Of a DNA stretch of 64,000 bases, positions 27,700-37,562 are shown piece after piece. The DNA comes from Cyanophyceae cyanobacterium. Lineage in GTDB: Bacteria; Cyanobacteriota; Cyanobacteriia; Cyanobacteriales; JBHJGN01. The stretch covers positions 96,001-160,000 of the forward strand of contig JBHJGN010000011.1 in NCBI GenBank assembly GCA_050331735.1, given 5' to 3'. The position numbers were made by a program, and so were the translations under genes. Within the stretch, counting starts at the first letter, position 1. Every line of letters starts with the position of its first letter. Below the pieces are notes generated by a model. That model was not told the DNA's origin. It saw only the letters and a list, made by a program, of their open reading frames with translations, and did no database searches.

Positions 27700-29418
27700 A
27701 TGTTACGGCGACAGTTCAGTAAAACTAATCCCTTCCTGTTATGGCTGTTATCGGTCCTGCTGTTAGGACTGTTTTTCCGTTTTGCCAATCTTGGCAGCAA
27801 AGTGTTTTGGGTAGATGAAGTGGCAACGGCAATGCGGCTGTCTGGCTACACGGTACAGTCAGTGATTGAGCAAGTCGCCGCTCAGGGAACCGTGAGCGTA
27901 GCGGAACTACGACAGTATTTGTCTCCTACCCCTCAAGATTTCAAGACGACGCTTGCGGTCTTCAAACAGAGCCCAGAACATGCTCCGCTTTATTTTTTAC
28001 TAGCCAGATTTTGGGTGCAGCACGGGGGAAATTCGCCGGCGGCACTGAGAAGCCTTTCTGCTCTGGTGAGCCTGCTGACGTTTCCTGGTTTGTACTGGCT
28101 GTGTTGGGAGTTATGGCAGTCGGCGCGGGTTGGGGTCATCGCGCTGATGTTGTTGAGTGTCTCTCCTTTTTACGTTACCTACGCTCAAGAAGCGCGTCCC
28201 TATAGTCTGTGGACGGTGACGATTTTACTCTCAGGCGCGGCACTCCTCAGAGCCATCCGCCTTGGGACTCGTCGCAGTTGGATGCTATACGCTGTGACTC
28301 TAGTGCTCGGGTTCTATACGTTTTTACTGTCGATTGTGGTAGCGGTTGGGCAAGGAATTTATGTGGCCGTGCAGCGGACTGTTTTTAAGGAGTATCTGCT
28401 GGCTATTGCGGCTAGTGTGATCGCCTTTATACCCTGGCTCCTGGTCATTGGGCAACACTGGCAAGCCCTTCAAGATAACACCACCTGGATGAGGGAACCG
28501 CTGGCGCTGCCAGCCATGATAGCGATTTGGGTCGCGAGTATTCTCCTGACCTTTGGCGATTTACCGATTCCGACGACTATAGACCCCATCGCCATTGTTG
28601 GTATTTTGGTCACGTTAGTCGGGCTCATCTCAATTTTTTTGGTTTGGTTCGGGTTGAAGCGAGGAGCGGCTCCCAGACGGCGGCGGTCAACGCATCGATT
28701 CGCGCTCTTGATTGCTGGCGCTCTGATTCTCGGTAGCACTGCTGTCCTCTACGGTGTTGACTTGGTGACCATCGTCGGCGTAACGTCGGCGTTGGGAGTG
28801 CTAATTTTGGTCGTTGTCTCCCTGAGCTGGCTGTATGCCAATACTCCCTATCGAACGTGGGGATTTGTGCTGGCTTGGTCCTTCCTACCGTTCGTGCTGA
28901 TTGTGAGCGATTTGATAACGGCAGGACAGCGCTCAACGGCTCCTCGCTACTTAATCCCAGCTCAGCTAGGCCTTATAATTACGGTTGCTGGGTTCTTGGC
29001 GACTCGTCGTTCGCAGGTTTGTCTGGCATTGTTGCTTTCGTTAGGACTAGTTTCCTGTCTCTTGAACGTGAATCAGTCGCCTAAGTATCAAAAAGGTCAA
29101 AATGTTCACAATCCCGCTCTAGCGGCTGCCATTAATCAAGCCCAATCGCCAACGCTGTTCGCAGCAGCAGCAGATGTCCCTAACCTAATTTCCTTGAGCG
29201 CTGACTTGCAGCCCGGTGTCACGATTCGGATAGTGCCCGAAGTAGAGTACTATCGTAATCGCAACGTCTTTCTTTTCAATCCGTCTGAGGCTTGGCGGCA
29301 GCAGCTAGGCGATCGCATTGAGCCAGTTTATCAACCGCAACGGTATACGGGAGGGGAGATCACCCTATCCCTGTGGCAAGTCAAAAACGTTAGACTCAAC
29401 GAACATCAGGAGGACTAA
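27700..29418 (+). CDS. GT-C fold glycosyltransferase (GT39/PMT-ArnT-like)
   Basis: FWVDE, EHAPLYF, LRSLS and YAQEARPYSL motifs; many TM helices. ATG at 27700 avoids overlapping the FAAL gene. Confidence 0.87.
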   Translation: MLRRQFSKTNPFLLWLLSVLLLGLFFRFANLGSKVFWVDEVATAMRLSGYTVQSVIEQVAAQGTVSVAELRQYLSPTPQDFKTTLAVFKQSPEHAPLYFLLARFWVQHGGNSPAALRSLSALVSLLTFPGLYWLCWELWQSARVGVIALMLLSVSPFYVTYAQEARPYSLWTVTILLSGAALLRAIRLGTRRSWMLYAVTLVLGFYTFLLSIVVAVGQGIYVAVQRTVFKEYLLAIAASVIAFIPWLLVIGQHWQALQDNTTWMREPLALPAMIAIWVASILLTFGDLPIPTTIDPIAIVGILVTLVGLISIFLVWFGLKRGAAPRRRRSTHRFALLIAGALILGSTAVLYGVDLVTIVGVTSALGVLILVVVSLSWLYANTPYRTWGFVLAWSFLPFVLIVSDLITAGQRSTAPRYLIPAQLGLIITVAGFLATRRSQVCLALLLSLGLVSCLLNVNQSPKYQKGQNVHNPALAAAINQAQSPTLFAAAADVPNLISLSADLQPGVTIRIVPEVEYYRNRNVFLFNPSEAWRQQLGDRIEPVYQPQRYTGGEITLSLWQVKNVRLNEHQED

Positions 29419-29466
29419 CCAAACCACAAACAACTGCTCTTATCGTCCTCGAATTAGCAACGCTCA

Positions 29467-30711
29467 ATGAAAATTGCGATCATCAGTTCTGGTTTTCTGC
29501 CTGTTGTCGATGGCGTTTCGGTCACTCTATACAACAGACTCCAAAAATTGAGCCAGTATGGGCATCAGGTTTTGTTGTTCTGTCCTGACTATCGCTCTTT
29601 GAGCCACATCTATCCCAACTGGCAAGCTTTTACTGGCCATCTCTTTCCAGGAGTGCAGGTCGTTAGTTTAGAGAGTACTGCGTCTATTGGCCTAGATTTT
29701 GAGCGCGACGTTACTGTAAAGTCTTACCGAACGGTTTTAGCAGAGTTAGACAAGTTTCAGCCAGAAATTATCCACGTCGATGAACCAGAAAGATTAGCGA
29801 CGCGGTTTTTGAAGATTCCTGGCGTTGACTATGCGAAGCGGACTGGCATCCCCTGCGTAAGTTTTTTTCACACGAACTATATCGAGTACCTAGACGACTA
29901 TTTTGACCTACCGTGGGGAGCGATCGCCCCTCTCAAATCGTGCTTGAAGTTCCTCTTCGCCCGCATCTATAATGCCTACGACGCGACTCTGGTTGCCACT
30001 CGCGTTACCCAAAGAAAGCTGCTGCAAATCGGCATCAAAAATAGCGTTTGTGCAGATTTACTGGGCGTTGATATCGAACAATATCAGCCCCATTTGCGCC
30101 ACAAACAGTTTTTTCTCAAAAAATATGGACTGGATGTTGAGCAGCAAGTCAAGCTCATCTCGATCGGACGCTTGACTCCTGACAAAGGCTGGCTCTTTAC
30201 TCTCGATGCCCTGACTCAATCGGCACAGCACCGGCACAATGTTACTTTAATTATTGCTGGCGATGGTCCCTTGCGCCCCCAAATTGCTGGCACTTTAGCT
30301 CACACTTCTCTGGATGTTCATCTCCTCGGCAGAATTTCTCCAGAAGAGATCCCAGCACTGCTCATCAATAGCGATATCTACATCACCACCTCTGAGAAAG
30401 AAACAACCGGGCTAACGGTCCTAGAAGCAATGGCGGCTGGCATTCCCGTTATTGCTCCCCGCGCTGGCGGAGTTGTTCATCATGTTCGGGATGGGAAAAG
30501 CGGGCTTTTGTATACTCCCCAAAATGGTAAAGATTTTACCGAAAAACTCAAGTTTTTGGTTGACAATTATTTAGCAAGGCAATCTCTGGGAGCTAAAGGC
30601 AGAGAATTCGTTGCGAACTATAGCTGGGACAAAGTAGTTACAAATTTGTTAGAAATTTGGGAAGAGTATATTAAGAAATACTCTTCCCTGCGAGGTGACG
30701 ATGAAACTTAA
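29467..30711 (+). CDS. GT4 family glycosyltransferase (SqdX/glycolipid synthase-like)
   Basis: FLPVVDGVS, FHTNY, GRLTPDKG and ETTGLTVLEAMAAGIP motifs. Confidence 0.9.
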   Translation: MKIAIISSGFLPVVDGVSVTLYNRLQKLSQYGHQVLLFCPDYRSLSHIYPNWQAFTGHLFPGVQVVSLESTASIGLDFERDVTVKSYRTVLAELDKFQPEIIHVDEPERLATRFLKIPGVDYAKRTGIPCVSFFHTNYIEYLDDYFDLPWGAIAPLKSCLKFLFARIYNAYDATLVATRVTQRKLLQIGIKNSVCADLLGVDIEQYQPHLRHKQFFLKKYGLDVEQQVKLISIGRLTPDKGWLFTLDALTQSAQHRHNVTLIIAGDGPLRPQIAGTLAHTSLDVHLLGRISPEEIPALLINSDIYITTSEKETTGLTVLEAMAAGIPVIAPRAGGVVHHVRDGKSGLLYTPQNGKDFTEKLKFLVDNYLARQSLGAKGREFVANYSWDKVVTNLLEIWEEYIKKYSSLRGDDET

Positions 30712-31183
30712 TGATTTGCCCCAGGTCGTTATCGACGATCTTTGCCAGGAAGATTGCTGGCGGCTTGATATCGATCCTGGTTTTGAGAGTAAGCATGAGT
30801 TTTGGATGGTGTGGCGGCATTTTTTGACTTTGCCCTCATCTTCTTTTTATGAGCCAGCGGAAGAAGATTTAGCCGAATTTATGAACTTTGATGGCTTTGA
30901 CGTGCTGCTGCCTGTGAGACGCTCTCATCATTCCTACATCAAGCTCATTCGTCTCATCGCTAGCGCTGACAGGAATACGATTACCTTATTCTTACATGAC
31001 TCTTTTCACCAAAACTGGTTCAACAATGAACAAGGAGCAAGATATGGATTTCTTGCTGTCGCAGATCGCTATCAAAAACACGGCTGCAATTTTTACTTAG
31101 CAAGCTACTATCATTTTTCCTATCTAATCAGCGAAGATTACCAAATAGCTAAAAGAATCATGGTCGAGAAGCTAAATCAGTAA
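30701..31183 (+). CDS. Hypothetical protein, overlapping the GT4 stop
   Basis: 160-aa ORF whose ATG lies inside the last codons of the GT4 gene. No recognisable family. Confidence 0.7.
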   Translation: MKLNDLPQVVIDDLCQEDCWRLDIDPGFESKHEFWMVWRHFLTLPSSSFYEPAEEDLAEFMNFDGFDVLLPVRRSHHSYIKLIRLIASADRNTITLFLHDSFHQNWFNNEQGARYGFLAVADRYQKHGCNFYLASYYHFSYLISEDYQIAKRIMVEKLNQ

Positions 31184-31346
31184 ACCTAAAGCCAAGCTTT
31201 TATTGTTTTGAGCCAAATTAACTTAGCTTCAATCACAGAAGCTCGGAGGAAGAATACTGTTTCTGTAAATACTGATTTCACTGTGTATCGATGACTAGCA
31301 GGAGACCATGACTCTCCGCCATTAGCGTCACATAATTTACGATTAC

Positions 31347-32513
31347 TTAGGGTTTAAGGACAACTTTGATACAGTTGTCCTCTTTCTTCTTGAAGATGTC
31401 GTACCCGCGAGGAGCTTCTGCTAGCTTGAGGCGATGGGTAATAATAAACGAAGGGTCGATTTCCCCATTCTGAATTCGTTCTAGAAGAGGTTGCAGATAT
31501 TTCTGAACGTGGGTTTGCCCGGATCGTAAAGTTAAGCCTTTATTAACGATCGCTCCCATTGGCATTTTATCAACAAAGCCTCCATACACGCCCGGAACAG
31601 AGACCGTTCCTCCTTTGCGACAGGCGACAATGGCCTGCCGGAGGGCCGTTGGCCTGCCCGTTTCTAATCGAACCGTTTGCTTTACTTTGTCGTACAGCGC
31701 CATCGCGTCAGTTCCGTGGGCTTCCATGCCTACTGCATCAATGCAGCGGTCAGGCCCTCGTCCGGCGGTCATTTCTTTGAGGGCCTCGCCTGCGTCTATC
31801 TCTTCGTAGTTCAGCACTTCCGCCCCCGCCTCTTTGGCTAGCTGCATCCTTTCGGGGATGCGGTCGATGGCAATCACTCTTTCTGCCCCAAGCATAAAAG
31901 CACTTCTGATAGTAAACAGCCCAACCGGACCACACCCCCAAATGGCGACGGTATCTCCCGGTTCGATGTCGGCGTTTACGGCGGCCATATATCCGGTCGG
32001 AAAAATATCCGAGAGGAACAGCACCTGTTCGTCCGTCAAGCCATCGGGAATTTTGACGGGACCAACATCAGCAAAGGGAACACGGGCGTACTCTGCCTGT
32101 CCGCCTGCATAGCCTCCTAATAGATGTGAATACCCGTATAACCCTGCTGGGGAATGGCCGTAAAACTCTTCGGCCATCCAGGTGTTGGGGTTAGAGTTAT
32201 CGCACAAAGACCACAAATCTCGCTGGCAGAAGAAGCAGTGACCGCAGGAAATGGTAAAGGGCACGACAACGCGATCGCCCTTTTGCAAATTTTTGACTTC
32301 CCGCCCGACTTCAACCACTTCCCCCATAAATTCATGGCCGAGAATATCTCCAGATTCCATAGTCGGAATATAGCCATCGTAGAGGTGCAAATCCGAGCCG
32401 CAGATAGCCGTTGACGTAATTTTAATAATGGCATCGCGGGGATTCAGAATTTTTGGGTCTGGCACGGTATCGACGCGAACATCGTGGGTTCCATGCCAAC
32501 AAACAGCTTTCAT
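31347..32513 (-). CDS. Zinc-dependent alcohol dehydrogenase (formaldehyde dehydrogenase-like)
   Basis: ICGSDLH, GHEFMG, structural Zn site CGHCFFC..C and GCGPVG. Confidence 0.95.
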   Translation of the reverse strand: MKAVCWHGTHDVRVDTVPDPKILNPRDAIIKITSTAICGSDLHLYDGYIPTMESGDILGHEFMGEVVEVGREVKNLQKGDRVVVPFTISCGHCFFCQRDLWSLCDNSNPNTWMAEEFYGHSPAGLYGYSHLLGGYAGGQAEYARVPFADVGPVKIPDGLTDEQVLFLSDIFPTGYMAAVNADIEPGDTVAIWGCGPVGLFTIRSAFMLGAERVIAIDRIPERMQLAKEAGAEVLNYEEIDAGEALKEMTAGRGPDRCIDAVGMEAHGTDAMALYDKVKQTVRLETGRPTALRQAIVACRKGGTVSVPGVYGGFVDKMPMGAIVNKGLTLRSGQTHVQKYLQPLLERIQNGEIDPSFIITHRLKLAEAPRGYDIFKKKEDNCIKVVLKP

Positions 32514-32542
32514 GTTTTTTTCCTTTTAGTAGTTTCCAGTCG

Positions 32543-32911
32543 TTAGGATTGTGTTTTCTTATCTACTAATCCTCGATCTTTTACTTGTTGAGTGACTTTT
32601 TGAGCGCGTTCTAACAATGAGTCTTCGGATTTAACTTTGTACTGTGAGTTAGAGCCCTGTTCGTTATTTTTTAGAGCATCCTCTGCTACCTTCCCGGCGT
32701 CCTCGCCGTAATGCTTCTCAGTCGCTTCCTTTCTTTGTTGGTCAATGTTTTGATCGATATCGTAGGCAAGGGTTTGAGAGGGGCTAGGGGCGGCGATCGC
32801 CTGACCCTGCCAAAGATTGCCCAATGCAATTCCAATCATTAATACGACTTCTAGCAGCAGTACTAACAACACATGCTGAATTAATTGATTTGTCCGCAAT
32901 TTCTGCAACAT
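32543..32911 (-). CDS. Small exported hydrophilic protein
   Basis: Hydrophobic N-terminus ending AIA, followed by a charged helical tail. Confidence 0.65.
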   Translation of the reverse strand: MLQKLRTNQLIQHVLLVLLLEVVLMIGIALGNLWQGQAIAAPSPSQTLAYDIDQNIDQQRKEATEKHYGEDAGKVAEDALKNNEQGSNSQYKVKSEDSLLERAQKVTQQVKDRGLVDKKTQS

Positions 32912-33064
32912 TGCTCTTCTCCTAGTCGCTACTGTCCTAATTTATTGTTGAAGTCAAATCCTACTCTAGAAAAAGAGTATTCAACTACTGCATTTAAAAA
33001 AAATAAAATTTTAAAGATATGCTGGGGCAAAGTTATGCCCCATCTGAACCAAGAAAGCTTTATG

Positions 33065-33406
33065 TTATTCGTTTACCGCTGGAACTCTTTCATTTTCAAT
33101 TGGTTCTTTGCCTTGGATTTGACGAAAGAATTTTTTAGTATCAGCAGGAATGGGTTCATCTAAATTCAGTTTTTCTGAGACATTTTCTGAAGCCTCTTTT
33201 AGAGAATTTTTCGTTCCTTGAGCGGCATTTTCAACCTGATTTTTAGCATTTTCAGCATTGAGCTTGACGGTTTCAGCCGTTTCATCTACCTGATACGCAG
33301 TCCTTTCGGGAGTGAGCGGTTCGGCCCAAGCTTGATTGACAGCAAATAAACTCACAAGTAAAACTAGGAAGATTTTTAGGCAAGCCTTCAGTAAAGATGC
33401 AATCAT
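33065..33406 (-). CDS. Small exported LEA-like hydrophilic protein
   Basis: Signal peptide (AWA), an A/E/K/N-rich amphipathic segment, and C-terminal EKLNLDEPIPADTKKFFRQIQG. Confidence 0.7.
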   Translation of the reverse strand: MIASLLKACLKIFLVLLVSLFAVNQAWAEPLTPERTAYQVDETAETVKLNAENAKNQVENAAQGTKNSLKEASENVSEKLNLDEPIPADTKKFFRQIQGKEPIENERVPAVNE

Positions 33407-33450
33407 CGTGATTCTCCAATGGTCTAATTCGTCACCGAATTATATAACGA

Positions 33451-34143
33451 TTAAGACCCGTGAGGCTGTCCCTCTGTAGTAGCAATCTCTCTAGCTTCCA
33501 TAAGCTGCTTAAAACGGTTCAGTTCGTCGCCAATTTGCTGTTCTGCCGATTCTCCAAACAGTTTGGCGATCGCTCCTCCTAACACTCCTCCGGGAGGATT
33601 ATACTCAATGACGACCTTGACTTCGGTTCCTCTATTTCCGGTCGTCGGGCGAAAACGCACAAAACCAGAATTATCGATATCAGCATCATTGAGCGATGCC
33701 CAAGAGATCAGCCGATTAGGTTCATCTTGAAGAATTTGAGCATCCCATTCGACATTAACATCCAAAGGAGCGTTCGCCACCCAGTGCGACCGACGCTCAT
33801 CAAGGACCGTTACCGACTTAAGGTGTTTCATAAAGGTCGGCAAATTCTCAAAATTATGCCAAAAGCTGTAAAGTTCTTCAGGGGAGCGGTTAATCGTGAC
33901 CGTTTTTTCCACTTTAATCTCTTGCGGAATCCCCAGCGCCTCCTGCGCCTGCTTAACGGTACTCTTCTTGGTGACTCCTTGATAAATTAAACCGCCACCA
34001 GCAATAGACATTAAAGCTCCCCGCAAAGAGCCTTGTCTTAATTCCATCAAAACGAGAGCGCTGCCGCCGATAATCGAGGCAATCTGTTCAGCTTCACCAG
34101 CAGATTGCGGTTGATTTCGATGGATATTAGTAGTCTCTTCCAT
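33451..34143 (-). CDS. SRPBCC (cyclase/dehydrase) family protein
   Basis: VTINRSPEELYSFWHNFENLPTFM, SHWVA and LNRFKQLME motifs. Confidence 0.92.
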   Translation of the reverse strand: MEETTNIHRNQPQSAGEAEQIASIIGGSALVLMELRQGSLRGALMSIAGGGLIYQGVTKKSTVKQAQEALGIPQEIKVEKTVTINRSPEELYSFWHNFENLPTFMKHLKSVTVLDERRSHWVANAPLDVNVEWDAQILQDEPNRLISWASLNDADIDNSGFVRFRPTTGNRGTEVKVVIEYNPPGGVLGGAIAKLFGESAEQQIGDELNRFKQLMEAREIATTEGQPHGS

Positions 34144-34674
34144 AAATATGCCCTACATTTAATGGCAACCAAACACTGATCGCTCAGGATGCCTTGCTAA
34201 TAAATTTCGCTTTTGTGCTATTTGCTTTTCGTTAATGTGCTAGCAAACTCTTTTAGTTTCTAACCGCTCTGCCAAACATACTAAGAATCAGGTAAGTTAG
34301 TTTTCGTCATTCTAAAGACAGAGAGTAGCCACGAGGAAATTTAGCACAAACAGGAGTTGTTGCTGATCACCCCAACAATTTCAGGAAACACAGTTTTTGG
34401 TGTTCACCATCAAAAACTGCTGGATTTGCCAATCAACGCTTGTCAAATCCAGCAGATTTGGAGCATTTATACCTGCGGTAAGATGTAGGCTTCAGCGGAT
34501 TCTCCTAACCTTTTGGCAGGATTTAGAGATTAAAGGCTGAAGAAAAAAGCTGCAAATTTTGTCTAAATCGGCTCAAGAACGGTTGAGCTTGCTCAAACCG
34601 TCTGCCGGAGCTTCCTCCAGCAGAATTTTGAGTCAACTTGCTACCAAAAATTAGATTGGCAACGGAGAATAAAT

Positions 34675-34920
34675 ATGGCATACGAAAAGATGGAAGATTT
34701 ACCCGCTGACGTTAGAGAAAAGCTGCCAGAAGGCGGACAAAAGAGATTTATGGCTGCTTTTAACAGCGCTTCTTCTGATGGCTTGAGCGACGAAGGTGCG
34801 ACTCAAGTAGCTTGGAATTCCATTAAGAATGAGTACGAAGAGGGACCAGACGGTAAATGGCAACATAAGCCTGACCGCGCGGCAACCAGTAGTCCCCTAG
34901 GCAGCATTCCAGCTAGCTAA
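34675..34920 (+). CDS. chaB: ChaB family protein
   Basis: Y....DLP..VR..LP...Q..FMAAFN...A.QVAW..IK..Y....G.W pattern. Confidence 0.85.
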   Translation: MAYEKMEDLPADVREKLPEGGQKRFMAAFNSASSDGLSDEGATQVAWNSIKNEYEEGPDGKWQHKPDRAATSSPLGSIPAS

Positions 34921-34945
34921 GCTTAGGTAAAAGAAAATCGACAAT

Positions 34946-34996
34946 CAGGAGGGTAGGTTAGATTTGCTCGTATTTCAATCTCCTACTCCTGTTTTT
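34946..34996 (+). terminator. Putative terminator after chaB
   Basis: CAGGAG(G)GTAGG ... CCTACTCCTG followed by TTTTT. Confidence 0.45.
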
Positions 34997-35279
34997 GTGT
35001 GTTTGAGGGAAACATCAAGTCCGTTTGAGACAGGCGTTGCGAGGGAAGGGCTAAGGGTTAATCATTAGGTTAGGGACTTGTCGTGAGCTGTTTTGAGTCG
35101 AGTAGCTACAACAATTTCAGCCTAGCAAGGCTAGGGCACGATCGCCTGCTCAGCATAGCGTGAACCGAATTTTCCAAGCAGTTAGGCAGCATTCTCCTGA
35201 AGCAGTGCTGAGGAGGACTACAATAGGGACAGACCAGCAATAGCGAGCTGGCAGATGCGGGGCGGCTTCGTGGCGACTT

Positions 35280-36455
35280 ATGCAAATTTATCTTGACCAT
35301 AGTGCGACAACTCAACCTCGCTCAGAAGCGATCACGATGATGCAGTCCGTGCTGGCGCAGCACTGGGGCAATCCTTCTAGTATTCATGCTTGGGGACAAA
35401 GAGCCACTACTGTCGTTGAACGAGCAAGACTTCAGATTGCCCAACTGCTCAATGCTCCCCCCGATGCCATTGTCTTTACCTCTGGAGGAACAGAGGCAGA
35501 CAACTTAGCTCTGATGGGGATTGCCCGACACTATCCAACTCCGCAACACATTATTGTGTCTTCCGTAGAGCATGCCGCCATTGCTAAACCAGCAGCGCTA
35601 CTAGAAAACTGGGGGTGGCAAGTCAGCTATCTTCCGGTCAATGCTCAAGGACGAGTGAATCCCCTTGACCTTGAGGCAGCCATCCAGCCCAATACGGTAC
35701 TGGTATCGATTATCTACGGACAGAGCGAAGTGGGGACGCTACAGCCACTGGAATCTCTCGCTCAAATTGCTCGCTACCACGGGGTGTTATTTCACACCGA
35801 TGCCGTTCAGGTGGCGGGGCGGCTGCCCCTAGATGTCCAGCATTTACCGCTCGATTTACTCTCTCTGTCAGCCCACAAGCTTTACGGACCTCAAGGAGCC
35901 GGAGCACTCTACGTCCGTCCTGGGGTAGAACTGAAGCCCCTGTTTGGGGGCGGAGGTCAAGAAAAGCAGCTCCGCTCTGGAACTCAAGCTGTCCCGACCA
36001 TTGCTGGATTTGGAGTCGCCGCTGAACTTGCTGCTGCCGAATTAACGGTGGAAACCCCCCGACTGATGCAGTTGCGCGATCGCCTGTTTGAGCTGTTGGC
36101 CAGTTGCCCCTATTTAATGCCTACAGGCGATCGCCACTATCGGCTGCCTCACCATCTCAGCTTTGTTCTACGAGACTTGCCTCACGTTACCGGCAAAGAG
36201 GTGGTTCGCCAGATGAACCTCGCCGGCATCGCCATTAGTGCTGGCTCCGCCTGCCACAGTGGTCAACTCAGTCCAAGTCCTGTGCTGCGGGCGATGGGAT
36301 ACGATCCGGCAACGGCGATTCAAGGCATCCGGCTGACCCTCGGACGCAGCACGACCCGAGCCGATATCGACTGGACTGCCGCCGTCCTCCAGCAAATCCT
36401 TCACCGTTTAGCCGAACAGCTTTGCCAATCCCCCCGCGCTTATGTCTATTCCTGA
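35280..36455 (+). CDS. Cysteine desulfurase (NifS/IscS family)
   Basis: YLDHSATT, GNPSS, FTSGGTE, HTDAVQ, PLP Lys in SAHKLYGP and catalytic SAGSACHS. Confidence 0.95.
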   Translation: MQIYLDHSATTQPRSEAITMMQSVLAQHWGNPSSIHAWGQRATTVVERARLQIAQLLNAPPDAIVFTSGGTEADNLALMGIARHYPTPQHIIVSSVEHAAIAKPAALLENWGWQVSYLPVNAQGRVNPLDLEAAIQPNTVLVSIIYGQSEVGTLQPLESLAQIARYHGVLFHTDAVQVAGRLPLDVQHLPLDLLSLSAHKLYGPQGAGALYVRPGVELKPLFGGGGQEKQLRSGTQAVPTIAGFGVAAELAAAELTVETPRLMQLRDRLFELLASCPYLMPTGDRHYRLPHHLSFVLRDLPHVTGKEVVRQMNLAGIAISAGSACHSGQLSPSPVLRAMGYDPATAIQGIRLTLGRSTTRADIDWTAAVLQQILHRLAEQLCQSPRAYVYS

Positions 36456-37167
36456 AACCATTGAAGAAGCAATTACCCAAGCTAAAGCCGCCACCCAAGC
36501 AGCCCTAGACGACGGCTATCGTCGCCTCCAGGTAGAGCTAGTGGTTCCCGAAGTGGCGTTGCAGGCTCAGGCGATCGCCTGGGAGTTTGCCTCATTGTTT
36601 GCTGAGTATGGACCTAGACTGCGCCTCCTCTTTCCCGATACCGGGGCGGCTGCCCTCGCCCGCCGCGACTGGGGAGAGACTCCTTTTAAAATCAGCGATT
36701 TAGGCAGTAGCCGCACCCCAGTCACTCGCAAAATTTCGGAGGAAGACGAGGCGTTTCTCCTCGCCTGTCCGTCGTCGATGGAAATTGAGCAAGTGGAAAA
36801 ACTCTGTAACGTTGCTGGCGATCGCCCGGTGGTACTATTGATCCCCCAACTGGAAAATGTGGCGATCGTAGGAATTGGCTACGCGGCGCGGCAACTGCGA
36901 GAACGCTTTATCTCCAAGCTAGAGTCGTGCTACTACTTCAAACCTCTCGATGGCGCTGTTGTGCTACGCAACTATCCGTCTTCGTGGCAAGTGTGGTTAG
37001 AACAAGATGGCGACTATAAATTAGTGGCGGAAGAACCCCAAAAACCGATGGGAGACACCCTAGAGCTGATCCTGGCTAAAGCCAGTGGCGGTGACGAAGG
37101 GAGCAAGCCACAGTCAAAAGGCTTATTAGCTAACCTCCAGCAGTTCCTCAGAGCTTTAAGTCAGTAA
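36442..37167 (+). CDS. DUF1995 family protein
   Basis: Family pattern LFPDTGAAALARRDW, GIGYAARQLRERF and R.YP..WQVW. Overlaps the desulfurase stop. Confidence 0.85.
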   Translation: MSIPETIEEAITQAKAATQAALDDGYRRLQVELVVPEVALQAQAIAWEFASLFAEYGPRLRLLFPDTGAAALARRDWGETPFKISDLGSSRTPVTRKISEEDEAFLLACPSSMEIEQVEKLCNVAGDRPVVLLIPQLENVAIVGIGYAARQLRERFISKLESCYYFKPLDGAVVLRNYPSSWQVWLEQDGDYKLVAEEPQKPMGDTLELILAKASGGDEGSKPQSKGLLANLQQFLRALSQ

Positions 37168-37190
37168 GTTAAGAGTTAGTAGGAGTTTAG

Positions 37191-37472
37191 GCAGATAACT
37201 TCACAGCAGCACCCGACTGGACAATAGAGATACCTTCGCCGGATCAAAAGGTAACCCGCGTAATTGACAATATTTTGTACTGTTTGAAATATGGCAGCCA
37301 ATCGGGATGGATGCTCGATCCTGATGATTATTCGGTGCTAGTTTTCATTCCTCAACAGGAACCCAAAGTCTGTCGGGGAAGCCAGCAGCTTCAAGTTATA
37401 AAAGGAGTTAATTTGTCCTTAACAGCCCAACAAATCTTTGCGTGGCTGAAAATCAATCGGGTAAAGTGCTGA
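37191..37472 (+). pseudogene. Uma2 family endonuclease C-terminal remnant
   Basis: In frame after the TAG at 37188: ADNFTAAPDWTIEIPSPDQKVTRVIDNILYCLKYGSQSGWMLDP...LTAQQIFAWL. The N-terminal half is missing. Confidence 0.8.
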
Positions 37473-37562
37473 AGAAATGCGAGAACTCATTTTTTTAGGA
37501 CGAAATTGGTTGTCCTTAAAGACTTTGAGCGACAGAATTCACCGCTGTCAGCAATACCAAGC

